DNA from: Candidatus Diapherotrites archaeon CG08_land_8_20_14_0_20_30_16
Lineage (GTDB): Archaea; Iainarchaeota; Iainarchaeia; Iainarchaeales; 0-14-0-20-30-16
DNA: 16,133 bases
NCBI GenBank assembly: GCA_002779075.1
Contig: PEXK01000002.1
Span: forward strand, 1 to 16,133
Direction: 5' to 3'
Shown here: positions 6,938-14,459 of the stretch, piece after piece
Layout of the letters: every line of letters begins with the position of its first letter
How positions within the stretch are numbered: position 1 is the first letter of the stretch
The notes under the pieces: generated by a model
Databases searched by the model: none
Seen by the model: the letters and a program-made list of their open reading frames with translations, nothing else
Told to the model about the DNA's origin: nothing
Position numbers and translations under genes: made by a program

Positions 6938-7453
6938 TTATTCTATTTTTTCAGTATAATATTTTTCGTAAACCTTTTTTGCAATTAAATATAATATAAA
7001 TGCAATCAAAAATCCTGCCAGAACATCTGAAACATAATGCTGTGCCAAAGCAAAACGTGAAATAGATATAAGAATTGCCAAAACAATACCACTAATTCTT
7101 AACACTTTATTCTTTGTCAAAAAGAAAATAAAAAAAGCAGAAATAAATGCAACAAAGGTATGTGTGCTATAAAAAGAATTTTGTGTTAAATTTGTTTTTA
7201 TATCTAAATTCAAAATAGAGTATGGTCTAGCTCTTAAATAAAACAAAGTAATTAATTCTTTTAATCCAAAACCAATTGCGTTACAACCCACATAAAAAGC
7301 AATTAAAACCCAACGCCTTTGTAGAAAAGCAAATAACAGAAATCCAATACACAATATAACATAAGTATTTGTGATTACCCACCAGAATTCTGTTAACCCA
7401 AGATTATTGAAAAAAGAATATATTGCTTGTGTTATTGTTAATTCAAAACCCAT
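6938..7453 (-). CDS. PAP2-family membrane phosphatase (phosphatidic acid / polyprenyl-diphosphate phosphatase type)
   Basis: The three PAP2 motifs appear in order: LKELITLFYLRARP, YSTH, and SRFALAQHYVSDV (SR-x5-H-x3-D). The protein is multi-TM. Confidence 0.8.
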   Translation of the reverse strand: MGFELTITQAIYSFFNNLGLTEFWWVITNTYVILCIGFLLFAFLQRRWVLIAFYVGCNAIGFGLKELITLFYLRARPYSILNLDIKTNLTQNSFYSTHTFVAFISAFFIFFLTKNKVLRISGIVLAILISISRFALAQHYVSDVLAGFLIAFILYLIAKKVYEKYYTEKIE

Positions 7454-7503
7454 ATCTTAAAGAAATACAAAAAGAATATAAACATATTATACATTATATA
7501 TCC

Positions 7504-8694
7504 ATGGCAGATGAGATTGTCATTGACAGCATCAAAAAAATGTTAGAACTTCAAATGTCAGATGATGAAATTATTGGCAGTTTGGTTGATGCAGGCGTTG
7601 ATTATGATTATGCAGCAAAGATGCTGAATTCTGTAAAAAACAATAAACCTGTTCCTAAGACCCAAAAAACTAAAATGCAGGAAAGAGAAGAAGTGTCAGA
7701 ACAAGAAGAAAATTATGAAAAAACAAAAGAAGTATTAAAAGACGTGGATAATACTTCTTTGGGTGTTTGGCAAGAAGGAGTAGTAACAATTATAACTCAA
7801 AAATTAGATGAATTGGATAATAAACAAAAAAGTTTGGACGAGGACATTAAGAACAAAGTAAATGCAATTACTTCACTAGAATTATCTAAAATGAAAGCAG
7901 TAATTGATTCACAGAGAACTCTTTTAGTAAGTAAGTTAGACCTGTCTGTTGCTTCGAAACTGAATGAAATAAAGAAGCAAATGGAAAGCACGTTAAATGT
8001 TTTGCAGGATGTTAATTCAAACACTCAGAAAAAATTGGATGATATAGATACTTTAACAAGAACTCTAACAGATATGAAAAAAACACTGTCGCAACAAATA
8101 GATACTGTGCAAAATGTTAAAGACAGTTTAGGATCAACAATTGAAGATATTAAAAGAAAAAGTAATACGGAATTACAAGATATTTTTGTTCAATACAAAT
8201 CACAGCTTGGAGATATAACAAACAGAACAAACTCAACACTAAACCTAGCCAGCAAGATTTTGGAGAGTTTGGTTAATGCATCAAAAGCGAAGATCGATAA
8301 TTATTGCAATACTAAATTGGATTCTTTTATGAAGGATCTTCAAACTAAAATAAATGTAGGGGACATAAAACTGGCTTTAGACAAACTAAATACAATAAAA
8401 GATTTAGAAGCTAGAATTTCTTCAATGGTTGATACACGAGTTTCTTCAATGCTTTCTGAAAAAGATTTTGAGGATTCAATTACTGATTTGAACAGAAGAA
8501 TTATGGATTTGGAAAAACAATCAAAAGGAAAACAAAATGCAGATTTTGAGGATATAAGTTCGAGACTGGATGAATTAGAAATGTACAAAGAACAAAATTC
8601 GAATCTTATCGCAAAACTATTAAAGGATTCGCGCAATACTTCTTTGAAAGAAGTACCAAGAACAGATATTCCTAAAAAGAACCAAAAGAAATAA
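7504..8694 (+). CDS. Long coiled-coil protein (396 aa) with a small N-terminal helical domain, function unknown
   Basis: It starts MADEIVIDSIKKMLELQMSDDEIIGSLVDAGVDYDYAAKMLNSV, then has an acidic linker and about 300 aa of heptad-like K/D/S/T/N/L-rich sequence. The track's start at 7423 would overlap the divergent PAP2 gene, so I use ATG 7504. Confidence 0.75.
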   Translation: MADEIVIDSIKKMLELQMSDDEIIGSLVDAGVDYDYAAKMLNSVKNNKPVPKTQKTKMQEREEVSEQEENYEKTKEVLKDVDNTSLGVWQEGVVTIITQKLDELDNKQKSLDEDIKNKVNAITSLELSKMKAVIDSQRTLLVSKLDLSVASKLNEIKKQMESTLNVLQDVNSNTQKKLDDIDTLTRTLTDMKKTLSQQIDTVQNVKDSLGSTIEDIKRKSNTELQDIFVQYKSQLGDITNRTNSTLNLASKILESLVNASKAKIDNYCNTKLDSFMKDLQTKINVGDIKLALDKLNTIKDLEARISSMVDTRVSSMLSEKDFEDSITDLNRRIMDLEKQSKGKQNADFEDISSRLDELEMYKEQNSNLIAKLLKDSRNTSLKEVPRTDIPKKNQKK

Positions 8695-8725
8695 TGCTTT
8701 AGTTACTGATATATATAAGTGCCAG

Positions 8726-8772
8726 GTCTAGTGTTACAACCTACCAGTATACAAAATTATACTGTCTAGTGT
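8726..8772 (+). promoter_or_regulatory. Composite operator-like element: GTCTAGTGT (8726..8734), inverted repeat CAGTATA-N6-TATACTG (8745..8764), GTCTAGTGT (8764..8772)
   Basis: Read directly from the sequence. It lies upstream of a TATATAAA box (8786..8793) and the NMD3 ATG (8819). Confidence 0.45.
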
Positions 8773-8818
8773 AATATTCTCGCTGTATATAAAATTGATG
8801 TGTTTAATGTGATATTTT

Positions 8819-9547
8819 ATGCAAACTCTTATTTGTCCTTCTTGTGGCTTAGAAAAAAATAAAAACCTGTTTGAGGATAGTATTTGTAAAGCCTGTTTTA
8901 ATAAAGACAAACTTTTTTTTGATATTAAATTAAAAGATATAATTCTGTGTAAGTCTTGCGGAAGGATAAAAGAGGAGTTTATGTGGAGGCAGTTTGCAGA
9001 AGATTCTTTTGAAGATTTAATAAGAAAGAATATAAAATCAAACTTAGATTTCACATTAAAGAATTTAGACTTAGTTTTTTCAAAGAATAAGTTAAGTGTA
9101 AGTCTGAATCTGCAGGTAGGAAAAGCAATCTGCCATTATAATGTTAGTTTTACTCCCAAGTACCAATATTGCCCAGACTGCTACAAAAAAATAAGTGATT
9201 ATTTTGAAGCTCTAGTTCAAATCAGGGGCTTTGGAACAGATAAGCAAAAAGAAAAAGAAGTTTTGCATTTGTTGGAAAAGATACAAAAAGGGGAATTAAA
9301 AAAAGGAAATTTTGGAGCATATCTTCAGAAATTTGAAAAGGTAAACAATGGTTTTGATTTATACTTAGGGTCAAAAGAACTAGCAAGAGCATTTATTAGA
9401 GAGTTTGCAGAGAAATATGATTTCGAAAAGAAAGAAAGCCCTAAACTGGTTGGTATTCTGCCTGGTGGTAAAAGAAAAACCAGAACTACTTTTTTAGTCA
9501 GAAAGAAAGAAGAAAAAGATTTGAATGATTGTACTACAAATCCTTAA
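8819..9547 (+). CDS. nmd3: Archaeal NMD3-family protein (large ribosomal subunit biogenesis/export factor homologue)
   Basis: Four CxxC pairs (CPSCG, CKAC, CKSCG, CPDC) followed by YFEALVQIRG, the characteristic NMD3 N-terminal domain signature. Confidence 0.85.
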   Translation: MQTLICPSCGLEKNKNLFEDSICKACFNKDKLFFDIKLKDIILCKSCGRIKEEFMWRQFAEDSFEDLIRKNIKSNLDFTLKNLDLVFSKNKLSVSLNLQVGKAICHYNVSFTPKYQYCPDCYKKISDYFEALVQIRGFGTDKQKEKEVLHLLEKIQKGELKKGNFGAYLQKFEKVNNGFDLYLGSKELARAFIREFAEKYDFEKKESPKLVGILPGGKRKTRTTFLVRKKEEKDLNDCTTNP

Positions 9548-10244
9548 CAATAGTTTTTATTTCGTCTTTATTCTTTTGGGTAATGTAAATAGGAATATTT
9601 ACATCTATGTCTTTGTTTATTTCATCTTGAGTTTTTGTTGTCTCCAGAATGAGAATAAAAGGATAGAGATTTGTTGCGAGTTTTAATGATTTCAAAAACA
9701 TGTGTATTAAAAGCGGACTTTGTACATTATTAATATAAAAGATTCTCTTGTTTGTTTTTCCAAAGAGTTTTTGCAGATCGCTTGATTCTAGTTCTGGAAT
9801 GTTCTGTGCATCTAAATATGAAATTCCAAACACTAATTCATTTGGGTTTTTTGTATTTACCTGTGTTAGTTCTTTTAATCCTTCTGTATGTTTTATTTTT
9901 ATTCCTCTTTTAAACTCTTTAGTTTCAAATACTTGCACAGAAGGAATAGTAATCAATTTTCTTATAATCTGACCTTTGTGTTTTAAATCTAGCTCAATAA
10001 GAGTGTTTACAAACCTTTGAACAAGTTTTATTGAGGGGTTGTTTCGTCTGCCGTTTTCATAATCAGATATTGTTGAACAGCTTAGTTTCATTTGTCTAGC
10101 CAAACTAAGTTGTGATATTTCAAAGATATTTTGCCATTTTTTAAAAGCATTTCCTGGATTCTCAGACATTGAAATTTCGCCAGCAATATCTTGCTTGAGC
10201 TTTTGTATTTCTTCTTTGTGTACTGAAATATCGCTTTTTGCCAT
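9534..10244 (-). CDS. XRE-type helix-turn-helix transcriptional regulator with an uncharacterised C-terminal domain (archaeal COG1395-like)
   Basis: WQNIFEISQLSLARQMKLSCSTISDYENGRRNNPSIKLVQRF is a typical HTH_XRE/cro-C1 segment. Confidence 0.8.
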   Translation of the reverse strand: MAKSDISVHKEEIQKLKQDIAGEISMSENPGNAFKKWQNIFEISQLSLARQMKLSCSTISDYENGRRNNPSIKLVQRFVNTLIELDLKHKGQIIRKLITIPSVQVFETKEFKRGIKIKHTEGLKELTQVNTKNPNELVFGISYLDAQNIPELESSDLQKLFGKTNKRIFYINNVQSPLLIHMFLKSLKLATNLYPFILILETTKTQDEINKDIDVNIPIYITQKNKDEIKTIVKDL

Positions 10245-10293
10245 AATTAAGTTATACTATATATTTTTATAAAGAGATTTGTATTATTTTAAT

Positions 10294-10455
10294 ATGTTTT
10301 TTGACCTTGATGTTGAGAATAGACTAGAAAGACTAGAAAACTTAAGTAAAAAATTAAATCGAGATTCAGAAGATTTGTGGTATTTAATTTTAGTTGAAGA
10401 AAGTATGAAAGAAATCTGGGATAATGAAAATGATGAGCGATGGAATAAATATTGA
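10294..10455 (+). CDS. Possible small acidic protein (53 aa) with an antitoxin-like C-terminal WDNE-rich motif; orphan
   Basis: My translation: MFFDLDVENRLERLENLSKKLNRDSEDLWYLILVEESMKEIWDNENDERWNKY. A TATA-like tttttataaa lies about 25 nt upstream, suggesting a leaderless transcript. The competing minus-strand ORF 10284..10475 is S/F/L-rich and looks like an antisense artefact. Confidence 0.3.
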   Translation: MFFDLDVENRLERLENLSKKLNRDSEDLWYLILVEESMKEIWDNENDERWNKY

Positions 10456-10911
10456 TTATTTCTTTCCAAACACATTTTCTTTTAAAGAATTAATTTGTTT
10501 TTTGCTTACTAATGTATCTTCTGTTATATCTTCAACATCCTGATCAGTGTAACTGATTTTGAAACTGCCTAATTGATTTTGTTCTACTTTTATGTTATCT
10601 TTGAATTTTTGTTGTAATGTTTGTTGCAATTTTTTTTGCTTTGCAATCTTCTCTAATTCTATGTTTAAATAGTTCTTTAGGTTCTCTAACTCTAAAATGT
10701 GTGCTTTTACAAGTTCATAAACATTCTCTTGATTCTTTGCATTTAAAGAAATTGGAATTGCATCATGTGTTGCTATTTTTGTACTGTCTTTAATGTCTTG
10801 CATCTTTTGATCTAGGGTGGTTTGTTTTATTTTGAATTTTCCAATCTCTCCGTCAATTTTTGACAAAAGAAATTTATATCTATTTTCTTTTTCATTAATA
10901 TCTTCAGGCAT
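10456..10911 (-). CDS. Coiled-coil protein, function unknown (third gene of a three-gene operon)
   Basis: 151 aa, heptad-rich, starts MPED. It begins 9 nt after the upstream gene's stop. Confidence 0.65.
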   Translation of the reverse strand: MPEDINEKENRYKFLLSKIDGEIGKFKIKQTTLDQKMQDIKDSTKIATHDAIPISLNAKNQENVYELVKAHILELENLKNYLNIELEKIAKQKKLQQTLQQKFKDNIKVEQNQLGSFKISYTDQDVEDITEDTLVSKKQINSLKENVFGKK

Positions 10912-10920
10912 AACAGTCCC

Positions 10921-11307
10921 TTAATTTATTCCAAGACATTTTTCTAAAGCTTTTTTTTCTTGTATTAATCTTGTAAATTCTTCTATTTTCTTTTCTACTT
11001 CCCTTTTTAATGTATTATATCTAGCATTTGCCTCTTGTTTCCATTTCTCTAAATCTTTTGGTGAAAGTTTTTTCCCTGCTTCAACATATGCTCTTCTACT
11101 ACCGCCTACCCAATAAAATAATTTATCTCTTTGTGCATCGGGGTCTTTTTCAAAAGCACTTCTACTTTCTAACCATAGTTTTAATGTGTTTAGTCTTGCA
11201 TTTACTTTTGGTAATCTTTCTTTTGCAATTTCTATTCTGCCTTTTTTAGAAAATCTTCTTGTAATTTTTCTTGCTAATCCAACTTTGGTTTTTGGTTTTT
11301 CTGGCAT
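10921..11307 (-). CDS. Basic helical protein, function unknown (second gene of the operon)
   Basis: 128 aa, K/R-rich N-terminus MPEKPKTKVGLARKITRRFSKKGR. It begins 12 nt after the upstream gene's stop. Confidence 0.65.
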   Translation of the reverse strand: MPEKPKTKVGLARKITRRFSKKGRIEIAKERLPKVNARLNTLKLWLESRSAFEKDPDAQRDKLFYWVGGSRRAYVEAGKKLSPKDLEKWKQEANARYNTLKREVEKKIEEFTRLIQEKKALEKCLGIN

Positions 11308-11319
11308 AAAAATCCTATC

Positions 11320-11880
11320 CTATTTATGATTCTTTATTTCCCAGAATATTTTCTTTTCTGAGATGTCTTCTGGTGTTTTTAAAGTGATTAATATTGCATA
11401 TTCTCCTGGGCTCACATTTCCTATAGTGGAGATATCAAATGAAAAATCTCTTTTTTCATCTATTCCCAGAATGCTAATTTTTGTAGGGTCTGAAGGAATT
11501 ACAGCTATTGACAATTTATCTACCGGGCTTACACTGAGTTCAATGTTCTTCAAATCATAATCGCTTATATTATCAACTGTAACAGTTAGTTTGGTTGTGC
11601 TTGAACCATCTACTAAATATGAAGGATTTGGTATTAATTTTGCGGACAAATAATCTGGTTTGAAACTGAGAAATATAGCATATCCTATAATAATTACTAA
11701 AACAACGCAAAGTATCCATAACAATGTTTTTGTTAACCAAGACGGAAACTCAAAACCTGAACTTTTAGTTAGTTTTTTGTTCTCTTTGTCTTTCAGAGGT
11801 TTTTTATTTGCATTTGCCAGTACTTTACCTATACCTTCATTTTCATGCTGATTAGGCTCATCTTCGTCATAAAGACCCAT
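11320..11880 (-). CDS. Membrane-anchored protein with an extracellular beta-sandwich (CARDB/DUF11-like) domain
   Basis: Charged N-terminus, one TM segment (LLWILCVVLVIIIGYAIFLSF), then TTKLTVTVDNISDYDLKNIELSVSP...GEYAILITLKTP, typical of adhesion-type Ig-like folds. Confidence 0.7.
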   Translation of the reverse strand: MGLYDEDEPNQHENEGIGKVLANANKKPLKDKENKKLTKSSGFEFPSWLTKTLLWILCVVLVIIIGYAIFLSFKPDYLSAKLIPNPSYLVDGSSTTKLTVTVDNISDYDLKNIELSVSPVDKLSIAVIPSDPTKISILGIDEKRDFSFDISTIGNVSPGEYAILITLKTPEDISEKKIFWEIKNHK

Positions 11881-12034
11881 TTAATCACCAAGATAATAAA
11901 TATAGAAATCATTTATATATTTTTGCTTTTTTGATTGTTTCCTTCGTAATTGGCATTACTAATTAACTCAAGAGGTCTTGTAAGTATTTAAATCTTTCGT
12001 ATATTACATATATATAGATCAAAGATATAAAATA

Positions 12035-12043
12035 GTCTAGTGT
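12035..12043 (+). promoter_or_regulatory. Third copy of GTCTAGTGT, between a TATA-like atataaaata and the TrmB-family gene start
   Basis: Exact 9-mer match to 8726..8734 and 8764..8772, on the same strand, 24-32 nt upstream of ATG 12067. Confidence 0.35.
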
Positions 12044-12066
12044 GTAAGTTCTTATAGGTGGTTTTG

Positions 12067-12774
12067 ATGGAAGTAGAGCGCGCAATTGATAGGTTTAAGC
12101 AATTAGGTTTAACAGATTACCAATCTCGTGTTTTATATGCTCTTTTGAAGAAGAAATCATGCAAAATATCTGATATTGCTTCTAATTCAGGAGTACCAAA
12201 TACAAGAGTTTATGATGTTGTCAATCAACTTATTGAAATGAAGTTTGTTATAAAAATTTCTGACAAACCAAAGACTTATAGAGTAAGAAATGTTGATCAG
12301 GTTTTAGATACTTTATTGCAAGAAAAGACTGATGAAATTCAAAAGATAAAAGAAGATGTAAGTGTTATGAAAGACTTTTTCAAATATGAAGACACAATGG
12401 ATGAAACAAAACTTTTGAAAGTTGATAGAGATAAAGATTTAGTTAATTTGCTTATTGAAGAATTTGGCAAAGCAAAAAAAGAAATTATTGGTTTCGGGCA
12501 CAAAGAATTAGAAAATAAAAAGTTACAAGAATCTTTGAAAGAGCTTTCAAATAAAATTAATGTGAAACTTATTGCACATCCTGATTTAGATATTAATTTG
12601 GATTTTGTCAAAGCAAAACATCACGATATGTGCGCTTATGTTGTTGATAACAACAAACTAATTATAGGTTTTGGCGAAGGTTCAAAAGCATATAATTTAG
12701 GAATTTTACATAATCAGGACTCTTTGAAAAGTATGGTAAAAACACACTTTGATAATTTGTGGACTACTCCCTAA
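12067..12774 (+). CDS. TrmB-family winged-helix transcriptional regulator
   Basis: LGLTDYQSRVLYALLKKKSCKISDIASNSGVPNTRVYDVVNQLIEMKFV is the TrmB N-terminal HTH pattern, followed by a coiled-coil and a C-terminal domain. ATG 12067 has AGGTGG upstream, and I prefer it to GTG 12058. Confidence 0.85.
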   Translation: MEVERAIDRFKQLGLTDYQSRVLYALLKKKSCKISDIASNSGVPNTRVYDVVNQLIEMKFVIKISDKPKTYRVRNVDQVLDTLLQEKTDEIQKIKEDVSVMKDFFKYEDTMDETKLLKVDRDKDLVNLLIEEFGKAKKEIIGFGHKELENKKLQESLKELSNKINVKLIAHPDLDINLDFVKAKHHDMCAYVVDNNKLIIGFGEGSKAYNLGILHNQDSLKSMVKTHFDNLWTTP

Positions 12775-12912
12775 ATAATTTGGCATAAAAATCTCTCTTT
12801 TTTATGATACTGTTGTACAATTTCGACTTGTTGGGAGAAATTTACAACTGGGCATAATGCATATCTCTTTTTTTCAAAATGGTGAACCCGATCTTTCTTT
12901 CAAAACATAATG

Positions 12913-12920
12913 TTTATATA
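12913..12920 (+). promoter_or_regulatory. Consensus archaeal TATA box TTTATATA positioned for a plus-strand transcript starting about 12941-12943
   Basis: The octamer ends 20 nt before the first base of the GC-rich island. No CDS lies downstream for about 290 nt on the plus strand, and nothing lies downstream on the minus strand. Confidence 0.45.
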
Positions 12921-12940
12921 GTTTTGTGTTACAATTATAT

Positions 12941-13085
12941 GTGTGGGGCGCGAGGTTAGTTGGTGACAACTTGCATGGTTGGCCTTTCGTGGGTTTCTCT
13001 ATGTTGAAGCGGATTTTATCCTTCTGGCTTCGTTTGAGGGGTACATAAGTTGGTAGCTTCAGATGTGCTTTCTCTTGTTCCACAC
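12941..13085. ncRNA. GC-rich structured RNA gene, strand and identity unresolved: novel plus-strand RNA versus highly divergent 5S-rRNA-like RNA on the minus strand
   Basis: This is the only GC-rich island in the window. My count for the plus strand is G44 U54 C26 A21, which is 48% G+C. The ends pair (12941..12955 with 13085..13071), and the interior forms several hairpins, including AGUUG-GUGA-CAACU at 12958..12971. The minus-strand reading of 13068..13006 resembles the loop A, helix II, helix III and loop C region of 5S rRNA. See the findings entry for detail. Confidence 0.6.
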
Positions 13086-13207
13086 TTATATTAAAAATTA
13101 AGTAAAAATAACAAAAATCTTTTTCTTAGAATTATTATAGGCAATTTTTGTGTAATTTTAGTATGTATAACCAAAAAGCTTTTTTAATTATCTCTTTTTT
13201 ATAAAAT

Positions 13208-13846
13208 ATGCTTGAGCAATATAGGTTAGAAAATAAACTGTTGCGTGAAAGATATGAATCATTAGCAAAAGATTATAATGCTCGACTTCCAGATTATTTG
13301 CCACATCACACAAAAGTGTTACAACCATTTGTAGGATTTCTTAACAAGGATTTTGGCCCTGGTGCAAGAGTTATAGATTTAGGTTGTGGTGTTGGTTTAA
13401 ATTCTTGCATATTGAATAAGCATGGCTTTAATGTAACTGGTTTGGATTATTCAAAAAATAGTATTGAACATGCAAAGCAAAACTGTCCCAATACAAAATT
13501 TTTGCATACTGATTTTCTTGATTGGCAGCCAGAAGAAAAATTTCATGGTTTAGTTGCAGGTTCTTTCTTAGACAAATTTCATCCGGAGCTTCTGCCTGAG
13601 GTTTTCGAAAGACTAGACTCTTTGTTGGTTTACAAAGGATATGGTTTAATGTATGTTCCCACTTCTAAAGAAGAAAGTCAAAAAGTGGACGGATCTTATA
13701 ATAAAAAACAAAAATATAATCCTTACACAGCATTGTTAGAAAGAGATAATTGGCTGCAACACATTTCAAAACACTTCAAAGTATTAGAATATTATCCTGG
13801 TTATGGAAAAAGAGATTTCTTTATCTCTACTTTCCAAAAGCGTTAA
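13208..13846 (+). CDS. Class I SAM-dependent methyltransferase
   Basis: Motif I is VIDLGCGVGLNS. A post-I acidic residue follows (VTGLDYS), then a motif IV-like region LVAGSFLD. Confidence 0.85.
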   Translation: MLEQYRLENKLLRERYESLAKDYNARLPDYLPHHTKVLQPFVGFLNKDFGPGARVIDLGCGVGLNSCILNKHGFNVTGLDYSKNSIEHAKQNCPNTKFLHTDFLDWQPEEKFHGLVAGSFLDKFHPELLPEVFERLDSLLVYKGYGLMYVPTSKEESQKVDGSYNKKQKYNPYTALLERDNWLQHISKHFKVLEYYPGYGKRDFFISTFQKR

Positions 13847-14406
13847 TTAGGTGTAAAAGAACAAATTATCTTGTCTAATGTTGCTTTATTTGAAGAATAG
13901 TTTCCACTTTTATTTCTCATTAGAATCAGATAACCAGTATTATCCTTTGTATATGTGAATATTTCTTGTTTGAGCTGACCTTGATCTGTTTTATATTTTA
14001 TTACAAAGTCTTTTATCTCCGCAATATTAGCAGTTTTCACTGTGGTTTGTTTTTCAATAGTATAATTGCTCAACGGTTTCAAACTGTCCAATAACAAAGC
14101 ATCAGAATCCTTGTTGTAATCTCCTGACCAGATAGAAAAAAATTCATAATCATCATCTTTGTTTATACCAAAGGTGTATGTTCCTTGGGTGTTTCCTGCA
14201 GATAGTTTCACAAAAGGCCAATCTTTTGGCAGATATATTTGATAATCCGGTCCTTTGAATAAACCAAATGTTTCAATTTCTGCTTGTGTTATGCAGTTAT
14301 TTGGGGTTTTTAGGTCTCCTAATTTAGGAATTGAAAAGTAATCATAAGTGTAAAACACAATAAAAACAATTATAACAATAAGAAGTATCCAAGCCATTAA
14401 TTTCAT
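13843..14406 (-). CDS. Membrane-anchored extracytoplasmic protein, function unknown
   Basis: 187 aa with an N-terminal signal-anchor MKLMAWILLIVIIVFIVFYTY, then a mixed beta-rich domain. Its stop overlaps the convergent methyltransferase stop. Confidence 0.7.
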   Translation of the reverse strand: MKLMAWILLIVIIVFIVFYTYDYFSIPKLGDLKTPNNCITQAEIETFGLFKGPDYQIYLPKDWPFVKLSAGNTQGTYTFGINKDDDYEFFSIWSGDYNKDSDALLLDSLKPLSNYTIEKQTTVKTANIAEIKDFVIKYKTDQGQLKQEIFTYTKDNTGYLILMRNKSGNYSSNKATLDKIICSFTPN

Positions 14407-14459
14407 ATAATCACAAAATAAATACTTGTTACAGATATATAAATCTTGCTAATAATAAT

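Noticed and set aside
7423-7503. N-terminal extension of the coiled-coil ORF to 7423; likewise GTG starts at 4175, 4610, 5802 and 12058
   Set aside because: The extension at 7423 overlaps the divergent PAP2 CDS and encodes implausible sequence. In each of these cases a nearby in-frame ATG with a better Shine-Dalgarno-like or TATA context exists.
8734-9054. Minus-strand 106-aa ORF overlapping the nmd3 promoter and 5' end
   Set aside because: It is antisense to the motif-rich NMD3 CDS and runs through the intergenic operator region. Its composition looks like an antisense artefact.
10284-10475. Minus-strand 63-aa ORF between the XRE gene and the coiled-coil gene
   Set aside because: The translation is S/F/L-rich with no features. 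The plus-strand 53-aa reading (10294..10455) looks more protein-like, though it too has low confidence.
12945-13081. tRNA (possibly intron-containing) in the GC-rich island, suggested by GGGGCGC and a D-loop-like AGUUGGUGA
   Set aside because: There is no T-arm (no G53/UUCRA/C61-type hairpin) on either strand. No anticodon stem-loop can be drawn. The would-be acceptor stem needs three G-U pairs and a mismatch.
12874-13083. Minus-strand 69-aa ORF across the GC-rich island
   Set aside because: It coincides exactly with the compositional island that folds as an RNA. I see no start context or domain, so it is most likely an accidental ORF in an RNA gene.
12941-13085. C/D-box sRNA, H/ACA sRNA, SRP RNA, RNase P RNA or hammerhead-type ribozyme as the identity of the island
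   Set aside because: There are no RUGAUGA/CUGA box pairs. The only 3'-proximal ACA is buried in the closing helix. I recognised no GNAR-capped helix-8-like motif and no CR-I/CR-V-like P4 strands. The CUGAAGC on the minus strand does not fit the hammerhead core. All of this was judged by eye only.
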